Of a stretch of DNA of 64,000 bases, positions 41,950-49,537 are shown piece after piece. The first letter of the stretch is position 1, and each line of letters starts with the position of its first letter. Under the pieces are notes generated by a model. The model had not been told where the DNA came from, did no database searches, and saw only the letters and a list, made by a program, of their open reading frames with translations. A program made the position numbers and the translations under genes. Location: positions 115,404 to 179,403 of the forward strand of contig DAIPYJ010000001.1 in NCBI GenBank assembly GCA_036782775.1, given 5' to 3'. This stretch comes from Candidatus Dormiibacterota bacterium (GTDB lineage: Bacteria; Chloroflexota; Dormibacteria; CF-121).

Positions 41950-42008
41950 GGCTGGCTGCTTCCAATTATGGTGAAAAGAGGCCCGGGCGAACAGACGTTT
42001 GTAGTACG

Positions 42009-42923
42009 ATGGGAGCCCCGATGGCACGGCCTGAGTACTTCGAAATCCGCGCGAAATCGGCCCTGAATCGCGTCCAGCACATGGGCTTCAACTGGTCGCT
42101 CAATCCCTACCAGGGATGCGTCCACAGCTGCGTCTACTGCTTCGCCCGGGCGCACGCCAAGCTCGGCGACCGCGATCCAGGCGCCGGCTTCTCGACTCGC
42201 ATCGGGGTGAAGGTGAATGCACCCGAGCTGCTTCGCCAGGAGTTATCACGCCGCTCCTGGAAGCGCGAGATGGTGGCCTTCGGCACGGCGACGGATCCGT
42301 ACCAGCCGGTCGAAGGTCGAACGCGGCTGACGCGGCGCTGCCTGGAGGCGCTGCGGGATTTCCGCACCCCGATCGGGCTGATCACCAAAGGGACGATGGT
42401 CTATCGGGACATCGATGTGCTGGTCGAACTGTCGCGCCGGGCGAAGGCCACCGTCACCTTCAGCGTGCCAACGGTGGATCGCGAGGTCTGGGCACGCACG
42501 GAGCCTGGGACTCCTCCACCGGCCAAGCGGTTGAAGGTTTTGAAAGCGCTCGTCGACGCCGGCATCGAAGCCGGCGTTGGCATGGCGCCGATCCTGCCAG
42601 GGCTGTCCGACTCCCGAGCCCAGCTGGAAGCAACGGTTGCGGCCGCGGCCGAAGCCGGCGCCTGTTACGTCTGGTGCAACGTCGTCTACCTGAAGCCCGG
42701 CACGAAAGAACATTTCATGGAGTTTCTGGGGCGCGATTATCCACAGCTCGTGCACAGGTACCAAGAACTCTTCCCGGGGACCGCGGCGTACCTGGCGAAC
42801 ACCGTCAAGGCGCCGATCGTCGAAGCCGTGCGCGACATCAAGCGGCAGCAGGGGGTCGCCGACCGTCGCGCCTGGCGCGTCGAGCCGCCGGCGCAGCCCG
42901 TCCAACTCGGATTGGCGGTCTAG
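42009..42923 (+). CDS. radical SAM protein, spore-photoproduct-lyase / DNA-photolyase-like family (SPL-like)
   Basis: The CxxxCxxC motif reads CVHSCVYC. It is about 300 aa with an SPL-family-like N-terminus. Confidence 0.7.
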   Translation: MGAPMARPEYFEIRAKSALNRVQHMGFNWSLNPYQGCVHSCVYCFARAHAKLGDRDPGAGFSTRIGVKVNAPELLRQELSRRSWKREMVAFGTATDPYQPVEGRTRLTRRCLEALRDFRTPIGLITKGTMVYRDIDVLVELSRRAKATVTFSVPTVDREVWARTEPGTPPPAKRLKVLKALVDAGIEAGVGMAPILPGLSDSRAQLEATVAAAAEAGACYVWCNVVYLKPGTKEHFMEFLGRDYPQLVHRYQELFPGTAAYLANTVKAPIVEAVRDIKRQQGVADRRAWRVEPPAQPVQLGLAV

Positions 42924-42961
42924 TTTGACTTCGAGGCGTCCATGCTCTACCGTAGCCGCGA

Positions 42962-43267
42962 GTGCTCCGCTGGCTGACCCGGCTTTTCCGGCAACGCGAG
43001 GCGGTTGAGACCGCTTCCCAAGCATCGCCAGCCTCCTCGATACCACCAGCAGCCGCGTCCGCCCCTACTGTCCGCGACGCCGGGGCCAACGGCGACAAGT
43101 CGACGACCGAAGGCGTCGCAGTCGCGGCTGTCATCGAGCCCGAGAAGGAAACCTGTCCGACCTGCGGCCGGACGAGCGTATTTGCCGGGCCGCCAGGGCA
43201 GCGCTTCTGCACCTACTGCGCCTTACGCGGCGAGCTCTTTGAGCCGAGCGCCGCGGCGTCCGACTAA
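42962..43267 (+). CDS. small protein with a C-terminal zinc ribbon (CPTCG...CTYC), hypothetical
   Basis: The ORF is 101 aa. The N-terminal half is low-complexity Ala/Ser/Pro and the C-terminus has two CxxC pairs. It lies between the radical SAM and MBL genes. Weak call. Confidence 0.3.
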   Translation: MLRWLTRLFRQREAVETASQASPASSIPPAAASAPTVRDAGANGDKSTTEGVAVAAVIEPEKETCPTCGRTSVFAGPPGQRFCTYCALRGELFEPSAAASD

Positions 43268-43279
43268 GTCGCCGCCACC

Positions 43280-44257
43280 ATGACCAGCTATCCGATCCTC
43301 TGGGATAGCGGCGTCTACCTTCCAGACCTCGAGCTCTGGCTGGACCCGCGGCGGCCTCGACGTCGCGCCGTCATCAGCCACGCGCACGACGACCACGTCG
43401 CGGCGCACCCGCTCGCCTACGCCACACCGGCGACCTGCCGGCTCGTGAACCACCGGCGGCCAACACTCACCACCGTGCAGCCGCTCGATTATGGCGAGAC
43501 ACTGACGCTCGAACGATGCAGCGTCAGCTTCTACCCGGCTGGCCACGTGCTGGGGTCGGCGCAAACGCTGATCGAAAGCGACGCCGGGCGGATCCTCTAT
43601 ACCGGAGACCTCAAGACACGCCGCGGCTTCACCAGCGGGTCGGCGACGCCGGTCAAGGCTGACGTCCTCGTCCTCGAGAGCACCTTCGGCAAGCCTCACT
43701 ATCGGTTTCCCGACGCGAGCGAAGTGATCGCGAACGTCGTGCGCTGGTGCTCGCAGGTGATTGACGGCGGCGCGACGCCGGTGCTCCTCGGGTACTCGCT
43801 GGGCAAGGGCCAGGAGATCCTCTCTGCGCTTGCCGCGGAGGGCTTGGCGATTGCGCTGCACCGGTCGTTATTCGGTGTCACGGATGTGTATCGAGAGCTG
43901 GGCTGTTCTTTTCCCGACTACCAGCTGCTCGACGGCGTGGTAGGAGGGCCAACCGTCGCCATCATCCCACCGACGGCTCGCCGCGACGGGCTTCGCGACT
44001 GGCTTGGTGAGTTCCAGACCGCCTCCCTCACCGGCTGGGCGATGGACGCGAGCCTGAAAGAGCGGCTGGATGTCGACGCAACCTTTCCCCTATCCGACCA
44101 CGCCGACTTCGAGGAGCTCTGTTGTTACGCCGAGGCGGTGGGTGCAGAGCTCACCTACACCGTGCTGGGTTTCGACGAAGAGCTCGCCATGCACCTGCGG
44201 CGGCGCGGCCTTCGCGCCAAAGCACTCGCCTCGGTTGATCAACTGCGTCTCTTCTGA
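43280..44257 (+). CDS. MBL-fold metallo-hydrolase (ligase-associated DNA-damage-response exonuclease-like / beta-CASP-like)
   Basis: Carries the HAHDDH metal motif (VISHAHDDH), 325 aa. Confidence 0.7.
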   Translation: MTSYPILWDSGVYLPDLELWLDPRRPRRRAVISHAHDDHVAAHPLAYATPATCRLVNHRRPTLTTVQPLDYGETLTLERCSVSFYPAGHVLGSAQTLIESDAGRILYTGDLKTRRGFTSGSATPVKADVLVLESTFGKPHYRFPDASEVIANVVRWCSQVIDGGATPVLLGYSLGKGQEILSALAAEGLAIALHRSLFGVTDVYRELGCSFPDYQLLDGVVGGPTVAIIPPTARRDGLRDWLGEFQTASLTGWAMDASLKERLDVDATFPLSDHADFEELCCYAEAVGAELTYTVLGFDEELAMHLRRRGLRAKALASVDQLRLF

Positions 44258-44360
44258 ACGCGAATCTGCAAGTTCGTTTTGGACTCGCCGTTATGCCGGA
44301 TAAGCGCTCGCCGATGCGTGCGCAGCGGTTCGCCGCTCACGCAACAAGGAGGTGACGCGA

Positions 44361-44423
44361 ATGGCAACGCGGAAGAAGGCCACCAAGAAGGCGGCCCGGA
44401 AGTCGACTCGGAAGAGCCGCTAA
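44361..44423 (+). CDS. tiny basic peptide ORF (20 aa: MATRKKATKKAARKSTRKSR)
   Basis: A perfect SD (AAGGAGGTG at 44346-44354) sits 6 nt upstream of the ATG. The ORF ends with TAA 15 nt before a strong intrinsic terminator. It is a stand-alone unit between a + gene and convergent - genes. Confidence 0.4.
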   Translation: MATRKKATKKAARKSTRKSR

Positions 44424-44438
44424 CCAGCGGTCATCAGA

Positions 44439-44471
44439 GGGGCCCTCGACGCGAGGGCCCCTTTTCGTTTT
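44439..44471. terminator. Rho-independent terminator (GGGGCCCTCG-acg-CGAGGGCCCC followed by TTTTCGTTTT), likely bidirectional
   Basis: A 10-bp perfect GC-rich stem is followed by a T-tract on the + strand. It lies between the tiny ORF (+) and the 3' end of the minus-strand membrane protein gene (44473). Confidence 0.6.
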
Positions 44472-44472
44472 A

Positions 44473-44838
44473 TTACGACGTGGTCAGCGCACGAATCGCC
44501 AGCCCCGCCATGAAGAGACCCGCGATTCCGTAGACGAGAGACTGCCGGCGCTCGTCCCGACCACTCGTGTAGGTGGCGGCGATCGGCAGAACGATCACGA
44601 GCAGGATGCCGTACAACCAGTGCAGCGTGTCGTGCGGCCGGCGACCCCCGAGAAACAGCGTGGCGCCGACCAACCCCTGCACGATGAAGACCGCCTCGAC
44701 CAGCACCAGCGCGGAGTTGAAGGTGCCTCCTGGCGGCAGCCGCCGGGCAAAGTTCGTGAAGCCCCACACCGCCACCACCAGCGTGAGCACCAACCCGGCG
44801 AAGAAGAGACCGCGGTGGACGGACACAACCAGGCTCAT
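44473..44838 (-). CDS. integral membrane protein (4 TM helices), hypothetical
   Basis: 121 aa and hydrophobic. It overlaps the upstream NUDIX gene by 4 nt (ATGA). Confidence 0.5.
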   Translation of the reverse strand: MSLVVSVHRGLFFAGLVLTLVVAVWGFTNFARRLPPGGTFNSALVLVEAVFIVQGLVGATLFLGGRRPHDTLHWLYGILLVIVLPIAATYTSGRDERRQSLVYGIAGLFMAGLAIRALTTS

Positions 44839-45293
44839 GACGCGACCGGCTGAGCCGCGAGCTGGGCGATTGCCGCCTGGAGCGTTTCGCGCGCGTTTTT
44901 GAAGCTGATCGTCTCGGCGGCCGCCGCCGTGGAGAACCAGCGCGTCTCTTCGATTTCTGAGGGCTGTGGCCGTAACACGGCCCGTCCCGTCAGCTCGACA
45001 AGGAAGTAATGGACCCGCTTGAAGATCAGCCCGCGGCCCCAGCGAAAGGCGTAATCGACATCCGGCAGCTGTCCGACGACGCGCAGGAACTCCTGCGGCA
45101 ATCCGGTTTCCTCGGCGATCTCGCGCAGCGCTGTCACCGCCGGCGACTCGTCTCGCTCGATGGTTCCCTTGGGGAAGCTCCAGCGGCCGGCGGCTTTGAT
45201 CAAGAGGACCTCGAGGCCGGCTGCCGTCCGGCGGAATACAACGCCTCCAGCTGAGACCTCCCGGCGGGCGGGGCTTCGTTGTGCGGCGGGCAT
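44835..45293 (-). CDS. NUDIX hydrolase
   Basis: Carries the Nudix box GTIERDESPAVTALREIAEETGL (GX5EX7REUXEEXGU). Confidence 0.8.
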   Translation of the reverse strand: MPAAQRSPARREVSAGGVVFRRTAAGLEVLLIKAAGRWSFPKGTIERDESPAVTALREIAEETGLPQEFLRVVGQLPDVDYAFRWGRGLIFKRVHYFLVELTGRAVLRPQPSEIEETRWFSTAAAAETISFKNARETLQAAIAQLAAQPVAS

Positions 45294-45345
45294 CCGCTCA
45301 TTATGGTCGGGCTCGAGCAGACCGCCGCCCTACACTGCTCCCGAC

Positions 45346-46116
45346 ATGAATCGCACTAACCAGCGGCTGATGGTGGTGCTGCCGCATCCCGACGATGAGT
45401 GCTTCGGCTGCGCCGCGACGATCGCGCGCTACAGCGCCGAGGGCGCGACGGTGTCGCTCGTGACGATGACGCGGGGCGGCGCGGGGTTGTGGAACGGGCG
45501 CGAGGCAGCCGACCTCCGCCGGTTGACCGATGTGCGAGAGCTGGAGCTGCGCGACGCGGCCGCCCAACTGGGTGTCCGCTTTCTCGAAATCTTCGACTAT
45601 CCGGATGGGGCTCTCGAAAAAGTCGAGGAAGTGGAGGCGGTTCGCGACCGGTTCGTCGGCGACATCGTCCGCTGCATTCGGTCGCATCGGCCGCAGGTGG
45701 TGGTGACCTTCGGGCCGGAAGGCGCCTACGGGCATCCAGACCACAAGGTCGTCAGCCGCCTGACCGTGCAAGCCTGCACCCTGAGCAGCGAGGACACTGC
45801 ATTCGCGTTGGAGGCCTTGGCGCTCGGCCTGGCTCCCTGGTCGCCAAGCAAGCTCTATTTCCAGACGACCACGGCGCCGCTCGCCGAGTCGCTACAGCTG
45901 CCGACGCAACCGCTGATTACGACGCGGGTTTCGATCCGCGGTTTCGAGCAGGCAAAACGGCGGGCTTTCTCCCAGCATCGGACGCAGACCCAGGAGTGGG
46001 AACCGCTGGAGAAGTTCCTCGAGGCGCAGCCTCACCTGGAGGTCTATAGCCTGCTCGGTGCGACGCACGATCTCGGCGAAGATGACCTCTTTCAGGGCAT
46101 CGACGCCTCGCCCTGA
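45346..46116 (+). CDS. PIG-L / LmbE-family deacetylase (second copy in the window)
   Basis: ATG at 45346 gives MNRTNQRLMVVLPHPDDE...HPDH. The track ORF start at 45160 is an extension. Confidence 0.75.
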   Translation: MNRTNQRLMVVLPHPDDECFGCAATIARYSAEGATVSLVTMTRGGAGLWNGREAADLRRLTDVRELELRDAAAQLGVRFLEIFDYPDGALEKVEEVEAVRDRFVGDIVRCIRSHRPQVVVTFGPEGAYGHPDHKVVSRLTVQACTLSSEDTAFALEALALGLAPWSPSKLYFQTTTAPLAESLQLPTQPLITTRVSIRGFEQAKRRAFSQHRTQTQEWEPLEKFLEAQPHLEVYSLLGATHDLGEDDLFQGIDASP

Positions 46117-46127
46117 GCCGGTTGCGC

Positions 46128-47393
46128 TCAGGACGCCTTAGCGGCCCAGCGTGCCTCCATCTCGCGGGCGTCGCGCTCCTCGTGGCGTAAGCCGAGGCTG
46201 GCGAAGAGCGCCGCGAGCAACAGCAGCGGCGGCAGCAGGATCAGCAGCGCGAGGCGCAGGTCGTGCAGCGCGTCCGACAGGCGGCCAATAACGTAGGGCG
46301 AATACGAGTCGCCGAATAAGTGCTCGATCAAGAGCGAGATGGTGACGGCGCTCGCGCGCACCGTTGGCAACACGACGTTCTGCTTGACCGCCGTGTAGGG
46401 GCCGTTGTAGAGATAGAGGGACGCCGCCCCGAGCAGGAACAGGGGGATGAACAGCACCAGGCTCGGCATCAGCAGCGCAAGGGTGACGAAGAGCGCGCCG
46501 GCGACGAAGCCCATGATGCCGACCGGGAGATTGCTGGAGGCCCCGCGGCGCCTGGTCAGTCGGTCGGCGACGACTCCGCCGAGAAGCGAACCGGCAAGCA
46601 GCCCCAGCACCAGGACGCCGCCGGCCAACGTCCCCGCGCTCCCGGTGCCGAGACCGAACCGGCGGCTCAGATAGGTGGGGAGCCAAAAGGCGGCGCCACC
46701 GAGGACAAAGAAGAGCGCGGTCTCAGCCGCGATCGTGGCGCGCAGCGTAGGGATGGAGAGCAGATCGAAGGCGGTTCTCAAGGTGACGTCGCGCGCCGGA
46801 CCGGTCGAGGGACCGCCTGCCTCGGCGGCGCCTCGAAGCGGCTCGCGGATCCCGAACGCGAGCACCGCAAACACCAGGCCGGGGATCGCGGTGAAATAGA
46901 ATGCGGCCCGCCAACCCAGCAAGCTGCCAACGATGCCGCCGCCGGCAAAGCCGACCGCGATTCCGACCGCGGTGCCCGCAGCCCAGACCGCCATCGCACG
47001 TGCCCGGCCTTCCTTTCGGAAGTAGTCGCCGAGCAGGGCAGTTCCCGCCGGGTAATAGCTGGCTTCGCCGACGCCGAGCACCGCCCGAGCAACGAAGAGC
47101 TGGAGATAATTACGCGCCAGGCCCGTGAAGAGCGTGGCCAGACTCCAGATCGTGACCCCGACCCCGACGACCCGCTTGCGGACGCCGCGGTCCGCCCAGA
47201 CACCGAAGGGGATGGTGGCAACCGCGTAAACCAGCAAAAACGCGCTACCGAGCAACCCGACCTGGCTGTCGGTCAGACGAAACTCCGCCTGGATGGGCTT
47301 GGCCACAGCCGGCAGGATGTACCGGTCCAGGTAATTCAAGAAATTGATGCCCACCATCACGCCGAGGACGTAGCGGGCGTAGCCGCGAGACAT
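46128..47393 (-). CDS. MFS transporter
   Basis: 421 aa with 12 predicted TM helices and MFS-type motifs. Confidence 0.8.
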   Translation of the reverse strand: MSRGYARYVLGVMVGINFLNYLDRYILPAVAKPIQAEFRLTDSQVGLLGSAFLLVYAVATIPFGVWADRGVRKRVVGVGVTIWSLATLFTGLARNYLQLFVARAVLGVGEASYYPAGTALLGDYFRKEGRARAMAVWAAGTAVGIAVGFAGGGIVGSLLGWRAAFYFTAIPGLVFAVLAFGIREPLRGAAEAGGPSTGPARDVTLRTAFDLLSIPTLRATIAAETALFFVLGGAAFWLPTYLSRRFGLGTGSAGTLAGGVLVLGLLAGSLLGGVVADRLTRRRGASSNLPVGIMGFVAGALFVTLALLMPSLVLFIPLFLLGAASLYLYNGPYTAVKQNVVLPTVRASAVTISLLIEHLFGDSYSPYVIGRLSDALHDLRLALLILLPPLLLLAALFASLGLRHEERDAREMEARWAAKAS

Positions 47394-47412
47394 CGAGCTG
47401 CATTATGAGGGC

Positions 47413-47682
47413 ATGCCCGGCGTGGAAGACAGGCTACGTCAGGAGGCCGACCATTGCTATCAGTGGTCGAATGGTCCTGGCTACGAGTACGCGGTGCACA
47501 GCCATCCCTACAGAAAGATCCTGTACGTGGCGCACGGCACGATCACCTTCACGCCGGCTGGCCGCGACGCAATCGCGCTCCGCGCCGGCGACCGGCTCGA
47601 GCTGGCGCCCGAGACGCCGCACGGGGCAATCGTCGGACCTGAAGGCGTGGTCTGCTGGGAAGGCCAGGCGAAACGCGCTTAA
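47413..47682 (+). CDS. small cupin-domain protein
   Basis: 89 aa with a cupin-like His pattern (HSHPYRKILYVAHG). Confidence 0.55.
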   Translation: MPGVEDRLRQEADHCYQWSNGPGYEYAVHSHPYRKILYVAHGTITFTPAGRDAIALRAGDRLELAPETPHGAIVGPEGVVCWEGQAKRA

Positions 47683-48530
47683 GCGAGCTCGAGCTTCAGC
47701 AGCCGAGCGGCGTTCTCGCGCAGGATCTTCACCTTGGCCTCGGGTTTTAGCTGCAGCCCGTCGAGCTCCTCGATCACACGCGCCGGCTTGATGAAGGGAT
47801 AGTCGCTGCCAAACAGCGTGCGGTCCTGCAAGCGGCTGCCCATTTCGCGGACGAGCTCGGGCGGGTAATAGCGCGGGGACCAGCCGGAGATTTCGATGAA
47901 GACGTTGGCCTTGTGCAGGGCCATGGCGATCAGCTCCAGATGCCAGGGCCAGCCGAAGTGCGCGGCGATGACAGGAAGCTCCGGAAAACGCGCCGCAATC
48001 ACATCGAGGTGAATCGGCCGCGCCGGGTCGAGCTTGATCCCCTGACCTCCCGGCTCGCCAGCGCCGATCCCGCTGGTGCCGGTGTGGAACAAGCAAGGGA
48101 TGCGAAGCTCGCTCGCCTTCTCCCAGAGACGAAAGTGGCGTTCGTCACTCGGATAGAAGTCCTGCAGCGAGGGATGAAATTTGGCGCCGACCGCGCCCAG
48201 TTCCTTGACGGCCCGTTCCAGCTCGCCCACGGCGTTGGGTTTCCAGGGATCGACCGAAGCAAAAAAAGCAAAGCGTTTGGGGTGCCGCTTGACAATGGCG
48301 GCGACGAAGTCATTGGAGACCGGCGGGCGTTTGGTCGCGGTCTCCGCATCCCAGGCGAGCAGGATGCCGAAGACCTGCTCCTGGGCGAAGTCGAGGGCCA
48401 ACTCATCGGCACTGCGCTCCTGCACTTTGCTGCGGAAGTACCGTGCCGCGGGCTCGCGGAATGGGCCCATGCTCCCCTCCAACCATTCCTTCAGCGGGAG
48501 GTGGACGTGCAGATCGACCGCGCGGATCAA
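47679..48530 (-). CDS. amidohydrolase-2 family (PF04909-like) metal-dependent hydrolase/decarboxylase
   Basis: Carries VDLHVHLP...HTG...HFGWPW... TIM-barrel metal ligands. The start is probably the TTG at 48530 (1 nt after the MOSC stop); an ATG at 48578 would overlap by 47 nt. Confidence 0.65.
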   Translation of the reverse strand: MIRAVDLHVHLPLKEWLEGSMGPFREPAARYFRSKVQERSADELALDFAQEQVFGILLAWDAETATKRPPVSNDFVAAIVKRHPKRFAFFASVDPWKPNAVGELERAVKELGAVGAKFHPSLQDFYPSDERHFRLWEKASELRIPCLFHTGTSGIGAGEPGGQGIKLDPARPIHLDVIAARFPELPVIAAHFGWPWHLELIAMALHKANVFIEISGWSPRYYPPELVREMGSRLQDRTLFGSDYPFIKPARVIEELDGLQLKPEAKVKILRENAARLLKLELA

Positions 48531-48531
48531 G

Positions 48532-48972
48532 CTACGAAGCGATCGGTTCGGCGGCTTCGACGGCGATGGGATCGCCAACCCTGATGCGCCCGCCCTGCAC
48601 TACGCGGGAGACCATTCCCCGACGGCCGATCAGCTCGTCTTTGAGGCCTAGCCGGATTTCATCCATGCGAAAGCACGGCTCGCAAATCTTGGTAATTTCA
48701 AGCACCGCGGCGGGGCCGAGGCGTAGCCGCGTTCCTGGGGCAAAGCTCATGACGTCGAGGCCTTCGACGGTGACGTTCTCCTTGATGGTGCCGGGCGTTA
48801 CGCCGACGGCTTCCAGGGCTTCCAGATCGACTACCAGGACCTGGCGCAGCGAGGCAGGGCTAGCATGCTTGTCGCCTTCGATGCCGAGGCCCGTTATGAG
48901 CGTCGCCTCCTGGACCGGTTGCATCGGCTCGCGATGGCCGGGGCAGAGCTGGATGGAGACGATTCGCGGCAT
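48532..48972 (-). CDS. MOSC-domain protein (YiiM-like)
   Basis: 146 aa matching the MOSC beta-barrel pattern, with the conserved Cys region ICEPCFRM. Confidence 0.75.
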   Translation of the reverse strand: MPRIVSIQLCPGHREPMQPVQEATLITGLGIEGDKHASPASLRQVLVVDLEALEAVGVTPGTIKENVTVEGLDVMSFAPGTRLRLGPAAVLEITKICEPCFRMDEIRLGLKDELIGRRGMVSRVVQGGRIRVGDPIAVEAAEPIAS

Positions 48973-49010
48973 GACGGCCTACAGATTACGCGATCGCCGC
49001 AGGGCCCAGA

Positions 49011-49493
49011 TTGGCTTTCCGTTTACTGATCCAGATGGCCGACTCCCAAGCGATTGGCGTCATCAAGCATATTGCCGGAGGAGTTCTCTGGAGCGAGCGC
49101 GAGTTGTTCGTGTTCAGCGATCGGCTGGTGCTGGTCAGAGAGGGGTGGTGGCAAACCTGGCTACGCTATCTCACCATGCAAGCTGGCCTCATCGGCATGC
49201 TCATCTACGGGCTGGGAGCGAAGGGTCGAGCCAAAGAAAGCGAGCGACGCCGGCGGCTATCACCTGAGCAGCTGCTCGCCTCCGATCCGAAGGGAATGCA
49301 ATTCGTCGCCCGTGACATCGTCGATGCCCACCTCTCCGGCGGACGGTTCGAGGCGAAATTGAGGCTCTCGATGGCAGACGGGAGCACCCGGAAATTGTCC
49401 TGGGTGAGCTCGGCTAACAAGTACGAACAGGTGGAGGCCATCCTACGCACTGCGCTGGGAACCAGACTGATCGACGAGAAGAAAGCCGCCTAG
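49011..49493 (+). CDS. hypothetical protein (possible bacterial PH/GRAM-like fold) in a locally lower-GC segment
   Basis: 160 aa. The segment is about 58% GC and matches no family I can name. Confidence 0.45.
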   Translation: MAFRLLIQMADSQAIGVIKHIAGGVLWSERELFVFSDRLVLVREGWWQTWLRYLTMQAGLIGMLIYGLGAKGRAKESERRRRLSPEQLLASDPKGMQFVARDIVDAHLSGGRFEAKLRLSMADGSTRKLSWVSSANKYEQVEAILRTALGTRLIDEKKAA

Positions 49494-49537
49494 CATCAGC
49501 CGGCTCTCGATGAACTGACGCGGTACGATGACCGCGC

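Noticed and set aside
40205-41965. 586-aa ORF suggesting a single large protein spanning etfA and the etfB region
   Set aside because: Only the C-terminal 323 aa (from the ATG at 41176) is EtfA. The N-terminal half is Arg/Gly-rich and overlaps the genuine etfB gene in another frame.
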